NCBI GenBank assembly: GCA_964057225.1
Contig: OZ059896.1
Location: 12,586,001 to 12,650,000 of the forward strand
Direction of reading: 5' to 3'
Source: Auanema rhodensis
Lineage: Eukaryota; Animalia; Nematoda
Length of the DNA stretch: 64,000 bases
The notes below the pieces were generated by a model, which saw only the letters and a program-made list of their open reading frames with translations, searched no databases and was not told the DNA's origin. Position 1 is the stretch's first letter, and each line of letters starts with the position of its first letter. Of this stretch, positions 42,676 to 52,200 are shown piece after piece. Position numbers and translations under genes: made by a program.

Positions 42676-45268
42676 TATGAATTTTTACTACACTAGCAAG
42701 CAGAAGAAAACCTTATACTAGTTCATTGTTTTTTTTTAATTTTTTTCGGTATATTTATTTTTTCACTGTCAAATCGGCAAGCACCTGCTGCACATGTGCG
42801 AGCTATTCGAGTGACCGATGCCCAAACGAACCACGCTCAGAAAATGAGGCTGACATAACACGTTTTTCACTCCTACCCAGATTGATTGCTTTAGAGACAT
42901 TTCTGTCTTATCTCATTATATTCTCTACTTTGACTTTGATTTTTCTAAAATTTTATTAATGTATAATTCAAAATATTATTTCTTGTGATCAGATTGTTAA
43001 TTGTTATATCTGTAAACGTTTCTCTCGAAATAGCAAGTAGAGTGTTCAGTTGTACTCACTTAACAAAGAAAGTAGAAGAACATATATATTTAGAGCAAAA
43101 AAAGTGCGGAAAAGTCGTTATCTCGTTAACATCAGTTTCACTGCCCAAAACTCTGTTTATTGTCATTCTACTTGCTATTTCGAGAGAAACGTTTACAGAT
43201 ATATATGAATATTTTCTACACTAGCAAGCAGAAGAAAATCTTATACTAGTTCATTGTTTTTTTTTAATTTTTTTCGGTATATTTATTTTTTCACTGTCAA
43301 ATCGGCAAGCACCTGCTGCACATGTGCGAGCTATTCGAGTGACCGATGCCCAAACGAACCACGCTTAGAAAATGAGGCTGGCATAACACGTTTTTCACTC
43401 CTACCCAGATTGATTGCTTTAGAGACATTTCTGTCTTATCTCATTATATTCTCAACTTTGACTTTGATTTTTCTAAAATTTCATTAATGTATAATTCAAA
43501 ATATCATTTCTTGTGATCAGATTGTTAATCGTTATATCTGTAAACGTTTCTCTCGAAATAGCAAGTGGAGTGTTCAGTTGTACCCACTTAACAAAGAAAG
43601 TAGAAGAACATATATATTTAGAGCAAAAAAAGTGCGGAAAAGTCGTTATCTCGTTAACATCAGTTTCACTGCCCAAAACTCTGTTTATTGTCATTCTACT
43701 TGCTATTTCGAGAGAAACGTTTACAGATATATATGAATATTTTCTACACTAGCAAGCAGAAGAAAATCTTATACTAGTTCATTGTTTTTTTTTAATTTTT
43801 TTCGGTATATTTATTTTTTCACTGTCAAATCGGCAAGCACCTGCTGCACATGTGCGAGCTATTCGAGTGACCGATGCCCAAACGAACCACGCTTAGAAAA
43901 TGAGGCTGACATAACACGTTTTTCACTCCTACCCAGATTGATTGCTTTAGAGACATTTCTGTCTTATCTCATTATATTCTCTACTTTGACTTTGATTTTT
44001 CTAAAATTTTATTAATGTATAATTCAAAATATTATTTCTTGTGATCAGATTGTTAATTGTTATATCTGTAAACGTTTCTCTCGAAATAGCAAGTAGAGTG
44101 TTCAGTTGTACCCACTTAACAAAGAAAGTAGAAGAACATATATATTTAGAGCAAAAAAAGTGCGGAAAAGTCGTTATCTCGTTAACATCAGTTTCACTGC
44201 CCAAAACTCTGTTTATTGTCATTCTACTTGCTATTTCGAGAGAAACGTTTACAGATATATATGAATATTTACTACACTAGCAAGCAGAAGAAAACCTTAT
44301 ACTAGTTCATTGTTTTTTTTTAATTTTTTTCGGTATATTTATTTTTTCACTGTCAAATCGGCAAGCACCTGCTGCACATGTGCGAGCTATTCGAGTGACC
44401 GATGCCCAAACGAACCACGCTCAGAAAATGAGGCTGACATAACACGTTTTTCACTCCTACCCAGATTGATTGCTTTAGAGACATTTCTGTCTTATCTCAT
44501 TATATTCTCAACTTTGACTTTGATTTTTCTAAAATTTCATTAATGTATAATTCAAAATATCATTTCTTGTGATCAGATTGTTAATCGTTATATCTGTAAA
44601 CGTTTCTCTCGAAATAGCAAGTGGAGTGTTCAGTTGTACCCACTTAACAAAGAAAGTAGAAGAACATATATATTTAGAGCAAAAAAAGTGCGGAAAAGTC
44701 GTTATCTCGTTAACATCAGTTTCACTGCCCAAAACTCTGTTTATTGTCATTCTACTTGCTATTTCGAGAGAAACGTTTACAGATATATATGAATATTTTC
44801 TACACTAGCAAGCAGAAGAAAATCTTATACTAGTTCATTGTTTTTTTTTAATTTTTTTCGGTATATTTATTTTTTCACTGTCAAATCGGCAAGCACCTGC
44901 TGCACATGTGCGAGCTATTCGAGTGACCGATGCCCAAACGAACCACGCTTAGAAAATGAGGCTGGCATAACACGTTTTTCACTCCTACCCAGATTGATTG
45001 CTTTAGAGACATTTCTGTCTTATCTCATTATATTCTCAACTTTGACTTTGATTTTTCTAAAATTTCATTAATGTATAATTCAAAATATCATTTCTTGTGA
45101 TCAGATTGTTAATCGTTATATCTGTAAACGTTTCTCTCGAAATAGCAAGTAGAGTGTTCAGTTGTACCCACTTAACAAAGAAAGTAGAAGAACATATATA
45201 TTTAGAGCAAAAAAAGTGCGGAAAAGTCGTTATCTCGTTAACATCAGTTTCACTGCCCAAAACTCTGT

Positions 45269-45522
45269 CTCTTAATGTCCGAGGTCATATGATGATATCT
45301 AATTTTGCACTTAGTTGATGAAAATCGAACAAGATTCTTCTCAATTGACCACAACTACAGCACCAAACTTGGATAACTACAATCTGCTGAGTTCAAACTT
45401 CGAGAAAGTTAAAATTTCGAATCTCCTCTCAATCATTTTGTTCCTCCTTCTTTCTTTTTTGTTTTACACAAAAGTGAGGATTGAACCTGATATATGACAA
45501 TTCTCTTGTGAGAGATTACAGT
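45269..45522. other. Unique non-satellite sequence, 5' flank of tRNA-Gln
   Basis: No similarity to the monomer or the LTR; lies directly upstream of the tRNA 5' end. Confidence 0.85.
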
Positions 45523-45546
45523 GGTTCCGTGGTGTAGTGGTTAGCA
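45523..45546 (+). tRNA. tRNA-Gln(CTG), 5' part (acceptor 5' strand, D arm, A box), interrupted by retroelement
   Basis: GGTTCCGTGGTGTAGTGGTTAGCA matches the 5' end of metazoan tRNA-Gln, with A box TGGTGTAGTGG at 45530-45540. Joined to 53898-53945 it gives a 72-nt cloverleaf. Confidence 0.95.
45542..45546 (+). repeat. Target-site duplication, left copy (TAGCA)
   Basis: TAGCA immediately precedes the TG of the 5' LTR and recurs at 53893-53897. Confidence 0.9.
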
Positions 45547-45987
45547 TGTCGGCAAATGCCTGACTATTAACAAAATATAATGATTTACAATATAAACATA
45601 ACTCTTCTGAAATACTAAACCATTATCTATTAACCGAATAATTGTATCATTAACCTATTGCGCAACATTCTCAAAAGATGTTGAACTTTTATCACCTCTA
45701 TAGTTTACATTAACGTGACCTTTCTATTCAAATATCAAATATCACCATTAAGCTAAATCATATATAAACCCAAGAAACCTTCACTTTCGAATCTAACTTT
45801 TCTACCACTGTACCATCTTTATTTAATAAACCTTTTAAACCCAAATCTGCGAAGTTCAACCCTGATAATATTCTCTTCGAATATCAACCTTCGTTAATAC
45901 TCCTAAACGGTATTAACTCCTGTATCACGTCGAACGAGTAATACTACAGCTATTCCCCTGGAATAACTCTTGGATTCATAGTCCAAA
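45547..45987 (+). repeat. 5' LTR (441 bp)
   Basis: tgtcggcaaatgcctgac...ggattcatagtccaaa, with no difference from 53452-53892 found by eye. The 3' boundary is uncertain by 1-2 nt. Confidence 0.96.
45761..45768 (+). promoter_or_regulatory. Putative LTR TATA box (TATATAAA)
   Basis: Mid-LTR TATATAAA lies about 60 nt upstream of AATAAA (45825-45830), the usual U3/R layout. Confidence 0.6.
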
Positions 45988-45988
45988 T

Positions 45989-45998
45989 TGGTGCATCG
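45989..45998 (+). promoter_or_regulatory. Primer-binding site, probably tRNA-Gly(GCC)
   Basis: TGGTGCATCG lies 1 nt after the LTR and is complementary to the 3' end ...CGAUGCA-CCA of invertebrate tRNA-Gly(GCC) (recalled sequence). Confidence 0.8.
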
Positions 45999-46250
45999 TC
46001 CAAATCAGGTATCAATTGTTAGAAACCTTTTTGTATTATTTTCTATTCTCACTTTTTATTTCTCAGTTCATTTGTTTACTTTTCTTCATCATCACATTCT
46101 TTAAACTTCTTTGCTTCATCTCATCTCATCTGAGTCTTTATCTCTATCTCAATCTCAAAATCAAAAAAGTTACCAACACATTTTGCAACAATTCAACTAA
46201 GAAATTCAAAAGTCATACATTTTGCATCAAAAAATCAAAAAACGGTAGCA

Positions 46251-49200
46251 ATGGACCGTACTGAAGAAGTTTTCAATGAAAAACTCCACAATTTCGCAGA
46301 CAAATTTGAGCAACTAGCCAAACTACTCATAAAAACTAAAACCGAGAACCAAGAAAACATTTCGCTTCTACGCCTACACACATCTCTCACACAACTTAGG
46401 TCTGAAGAATCATCTCTCGCTACTCTTGCTTCTCTTCTCCCCGAACCTACGTTTTCTGAATTGAACAGAAGAATAAACGAGGTAACCACGCTTCATGCTG
46501 ACACAGTAACAAGAGCGAACATCCTGATTTTGGAACTAGAAACCAAAACAGCTAAAAAACAACCCCTCCCCGATTCCGAAGACGACCAAGAGTCGGATCG
46601 GAATAAAAGACCAACGCGAACTAGCTTTGGTCTCTCCGTTAAAACACCTCAACTTTCGATTCCCACATTTAACGGAGACTCCTTAACATTTCCACTCTTT
46701 TGGAACCAATTCAAAACCCTCATTCACAATGAACCTAGCCTAAATATACAACAGAAAAACATTTTTTTGGCAGAAGCCCTACAAGGACCTGCCAGGGTTC
46801 ATCTCGAGAATAAGCCTTTAAACGGCGAATTTTATCACCAAATAATCGAAACCTTACAAAACACATATCAACCGATATTAGCGGTTGACTTTCGCATATA
46901 CCGTAATATCAGGAGATTACCTGTCGCAAAATCCGACCCCACCTCTTTGAGATCCCGAGTTAATGAGATTCGAGCTTTGCTCGACCAACTCGACAGAGCA
47001 AGATCTCAATATATATACAATACTGAAGACCCAGCTTGGGTCACAGAGATATCTGAGAAATTTCCTGAAGAAATTATAGATATGCGCTGTTGGCGATCGC
47101 CCGGCGAAAATACTATAAGTCAAATTCTGAAGGACATAGAGGGTATAGCATACTCAAAGGAAACCTCGGCTTATTTAAGACGAGAACGATCCGAACCTCA
47201 GTATCGAGACCAAACTCAGCCCTTTTTCTCAAAACCCATCAAATCCTCAGAAAAATCAGAACGACCCTGCGTTTTTTGCGATAAGCAGGGTCATCGCCCT
47301 ACAAAATGCCCCACGATAACCACCCCCCAAGAACGAAGAGAGATTATAAAGAGAAAAAATAGGTGTTGGATTTGCTTTAGTCCAACACACTCAAGCAGTA
47401 AGTGCAAATTCGAAAGTTGCCGAAACTGCAAAAAAGAGCATAATTATACTTTATGCCTACCTAAGCCAACCATCAAAATTACTAAACCGTCCATGAATTG
47501 CACCACTATATCTAAATCTTTCCATCCTTCTCCCGCTTACCTCATGACTTCTCAAATCTCTCTCTTAAATCCTTTAACAAACACTTATCATACTAAAACC
47601 ATATTTCTTGACCCCGGAGCAACTCAAAGCTTCATCCATCAAAAGACAGCTGAGACATGCAACTTGAATACCTTAGCAACACAAAACATTACAGCAACCG
47701 GATTTTCGGGCAATAAAGAAACTTTTGAAACAAAAACAGTCGAAGCTATTTTGCAAACCCCATATGGAAAAATAATTAAACTAATTTTGCTGACATCCCC
47801 AAAACCACTCACCGGAAACCTAAAATGCTGTTCTCTACAAATCCGGGATAGAGAATTTCTTGAAAAAACCAAAATTTCCGTCACCAATCAATTCATTAAT
47901 GGGGAAACATTCTCACCCGACATTTTGTTAGGTATGGATTGGTATGATTCAGTAATAACTGAAGAGCCATCCATTTCATTACCATCGGGTCTAAAAATTA
48001 AACACACCCACTTTGGTCCCTGTATTTATGGAAAAACAAATAATACCCATGAATCCATAGCCGTCCATTCCTTAATCATAAACCCTCAAATACCGGAGGA
48101 AGTTATGATTAAACAATTATTCGAAATAGATAGTTTGGGCATTGCTCCACATGAAGGAGCTTTGAACAAATCAGAACTATTCTATAACGAATATTCTACT
48201 TTACTTACGTTTGATAACGGCTACATAACCGCCCCTCTCCCACTAAAGAAAAACGCCATAAATATTCAATCTAACCGTAATCTTGCTTTGGCAACACTTA
48301 ATCGTCTTCAAATATCCTTACAAAAAGACCCCAATCAACAAAAATACTATCAAGAAACGTTCTCACAATATTTAAAAGAAAACGTAATAGAGTTAGTCCC
48401 GGCAGATGTTGAGGCGACCAGAACTTATTATATGCCACATCGCGGTGTGTGGAAACCCCAAAAAACCAAGCCTCTTCGCATAGTCTTTAACGCATCTGCT
48501 AAACAAAAAGGACAACTCTCTCTAAATGACATAACCTCAACAGGTGAGAGCTTCACCAACAAAATTCTCGATATCTTGATAGGTATTCGTACCAAATCGT
48601 ATTTTCTGATGTGTGATATTGAAGGTGCTTTCACACAAATACGCATAGCTAATGATTGTAAAGATCTCTGTCGCTTTCTTTGGTTGAAAGATGTCAATAA
48701 GCCGCCTACACCAAACAATATAATAGAATTTCGATTTAATAGGTTAGCTTTTGGCATTACGGCAAGCCCCGCTGTACTAAACATGTCGTTACACGCGTAT
48801 TTGAATAGCCACACCTCACCATTTGTAGAAAAAACCCTAAGATATCTTTATGTAGATAATATTTTTTATACAACCAATGATCAAAAAGAACTAACCGATT
48901 TATATAAAGATTCAAAGAAAATATTCTCTCAAATTTCGATGAATGTTAGAGAATACTTTAGTAACTCATCCCATTTTAACAACGAAATTCCGGCGATAGA
49001 TCACCACCCAGATAAAAATCCCAAAATACTAGGTGTACTATATAACGCCAGTAAAGATTCGTTTGTATTAACAGGACAAATGCGTATGCAACAGTCCTTT
49101 ACTAAACGAGATATGCTGAGTAGTTTACACAGCATATATGACCCCATAGGACTAGCGGCACCGCTCCTACTTCCATATAAAATTATTTTAAGACAAGTAA

Positions 49201-52200
49201 TGAACAGCAATGTCGATTGGAAGGAGCAAGTCCCCGAGGATCTCGTTGCCGATTGGAACAAAGCCAGCACAAAGATAGGGCCGTTCAACATTGAAGTTCC
49301 GCGGGAATTATCTAGCAAAAGAGACAAGAAAGAACTGTGGGTTTTCGTAGACGCAAGCACAAAAGCTATTGCAGCATGCGCCTATTTAACTACCAGCACA
49401 GAAAGAGCTCCAATCATAATGGGGAAAGTAAAATTAGCCCCCAAAAATAGGACTTTGACCATCCCGCGCTTAGAACTATCCGCAATTTTTATGGGAATGA
49501 AAATCGCGGAAACAGTATACAATAATTTGAACGAGCCGAATCTGGCAATTAACATTGCGTCAGATAGCCAAATAGCTCTATCTTGGCTTATAACGAAAAA
49601 AAGTGTCCCCGTTTTTATCAGTAATATGCGGCAAAACATTGAAGAAATAGGAAGAAGGTTGGAAGCTCAAAAAGCTTCACTACACTTCCACTATGTTGAT
49701 ACCGACCATAATCCAGCAGACATTGGAACTAGAGGGACAACAGACCAAAATCTGTTAAAGGAACGCTGGTTGTTTTCTCCACCATGGCTATCACAAATGG
49801 ACAACAGACCAATAAAGGAACTCACCACTCCAATAGACGAAGACGAACCCCCCATGCTCATTCTACCCGTATCTACTGATATTCAACCATACGAGTCAAT
49901 AATACAACCAGGAAGATTTAGTTCGTACTCCAAACTACAACGGACCACAGGTTTGGTATTTAAAGCCGCGCTAGTACTATTGCAGAAAATAAACAAAACT
50001 CCAACATCAACCATGCTACAACGAGCGCAAAAGGAAAAGCAGCAATCCCAAACCGCAGATCTCTTTCTCATACAAGAGGCCCAGAAAAAATTAAAACAAT
50101 CGGAAATAAAGCAATTTCGCACCACCAAGGATAACAACGGATTACGTATAATTCAAACACGTTTGCTAAACGCCAAATTGCCTGCATCCACAAAGTACCC
50201 CTTTTTACTACCCAAAAAATCTGATTTAGGTAAACTAATTTTGCTTTCCATACATAAAGAAAATGCACACATGGGAACTACACATATGATCAGCCTATTT
50301 CTTCAAAAATTCTTCATGGCAGGAACAAGGCAGGTATGCAAATCAATTATAAAAAAGTGCGTCCCGTGTCAAAAAATACTCAGTCGCCCATTCACCACAG
50401 ATTTTCTGGCACCTCTGCCAGAAGATCGAATTACAAAAGCTATGCCATTTAAGCATACGGGGCTAGACTGTATCGGACCCATTAAATATAGAAAAAGTGA
50501 ACAAATATATATAGTAATCTTTACATGTCTAACGGTTCGGGCAGTTCACCTCGAACCAATTAACGACATGACCTCTAATACATTCCTCAATGCATTTATA
50601 AGATTCGTAGCTCGCAGAGGATTGCCGGACGTTATCCGTTCGGACAATGGGAGCAATTTTGTTCACTCGGCTAAGATACTTAACATGTTAGAAACTTATG
50701 ATAGTGAACATAGAACAAGTTTCACAAAATTTTTACAAAAACACCACATTACATGGATTTTTAACACTCCCAGTGCCCCATGGACTGGAGGAGTATGGGA
50801 GCGACTGGTTGCGATAGTAAAAACTTCACTCTACAAATCATTGCAGCTTAAATTGGTCAACAAAGACCAACTAACGACGGCAATTATAAAGATCGAAGGA
50901 ATAATAAATTCCAGACCGATCACCTATACAAATTCAGATAATGTAGACGACCGACCCCTGACACCAGCAGATTTCTTGAATAACGGCAGCCCCGTTCTCG
51001 TACCAGGAGGTAACGTAGAACAATTGGGACAAGCCTTGGATGAACCAAACCCAATACAAACGAATAAAGAAGCATTTGAAAATCTGCAGAAAGTGGAAAT
51101 TATAGCGGAATCATTCTGGGATCGGTGGTCCAAGGAATATCTTCTATGTCTCCGTAATGCCCACGCATCCACAAAACAAACGCACAGAAGTTCTAACCAC
51201 CCAACGCTAAATGAGGTGGTCCTTGTGGAAGAAGATAACCTGAACAGATGCAACTGGCAAATGGCGCGCATTACTGCCCTACTACCGTCTTCGGATAACA
51301 TATTCAGATCCGCAAGAATTAAATTAGGAAACGGCAAAGAACTCACGAAACCAGTTGAAAAACTCTACCCACTCGAGCTCAAGGACAATTTCAACAAAGG
51401 AAGAGAATCACAAGAAATAACTGTCAATCATCTTTCACACACACCAACCAATCCGAACCGGCTAAGGAACATTTTTCGTTTTCTGATGCTAATACAAATA
51501 TTTTCAGTTGCTATGACCCAACCGATAATCAGGTGTTCAACATCACAAGTGGTATTTCCAGCACAACCAAACCACTCAACAATATGCATCGACTCCAGCT
51601 GCCATAATCTCTCTGCACACCAATCCGAAATAATCCCACTACCTATTTCAGTTTTACCAAAAACAGCATCCGTTTCACGCTTCAACTTGGAGTCAACTCA
51701 GAATCAAACATGCAAACTTCCTCACCCATGTGACTTCCCACCGCCATTCATCCTACATATCATAGGCAATCCTCACTGTAATCCAATCTTAGCTATTCTT
51801 ATAGTACTTACGCCATTAATTGGCTGCGCTCTTTTATTCATTAGCTGTGGTCTAATCTACAGAAGACTAAAAACATACCGCCGACAGAACGAGCCCACCA
51901 TTTCGTACATCCCTTCCCTCCTATTCACACTCTTTTTTCTCATATGCCAGGCGCAAGCTTGTGGATCCCCCAACGCTCATAAAAACATAGAAATCTTTTG
52001 CGACGATATACAAAACTGCACCAAAATAACCAACGAAGAAATTTCATTCAATCCCTTACAAAACTCTCTCTGCTCTTACATCAAATATCAAAACTCCACT
52101 ATAGGAAAACTAGAAATTCAATTAATTCAACATAAATTTTCATGCCAAAAAGTTTCGCAAGGATTCACTAGAATAACTAACCTAACCATTCACTCCTCTC

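Larger units (their letters stand above)
1..45268. repeat. Tandem satellite array, left block (~94 monomers; full unit 528-530 bp, variants 512, 358-363, 342 bp)
   Basis: The same unit (...acactagcaagcagaagaaaacc...cacctgctgcacatgtgcgagc...gttgtacccacttaac...cagtttcactgcccaaaactctg...) recurs head-to-tail. The recurrent minus-strand pseudo-ORF 'MTINRV..' marks unit spacing (240, 769, 1297, 1639, 2089, 2618 ... 44750). The array runs off the left edge and stops at ...aactctgt|ctcttaatg (45268). Confidence 0.99.

Noticed and set aside
19-45260. Recurrent 67-145 aa ORFs (MTINRV.., MIRLLIV.., MYPLNK.., MFFFNF..) as a tandem gene family
   Set aside because: They overlap on both strands, mostly use non-ATG starts, open and close with poly-T length changes and show no recognisable domain. 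They are by-products of the satellite, and the same applies at 54313-63792.
1-45268. CRISPR array or other prokaryotic repeat system
   Set aside because: There are no unique spacers or cas genes, the units are over 340 bp, and the context is eukaryotic.
45315-45497. 60-aa ORF in the unique island (also 46016-46264 and 53937-54287)
   Set aside because: These are short and low-complexity or chimeric with satellite, with no coding evidence.
45523-45570. LTR start restoring a functional hybrid tRNA after insertion
   Set aside because: The LTR start forms only a small hairpin (GGCA-AA-TGCC) and supplies no anticodon arm, B box or acceptor 3' strand.
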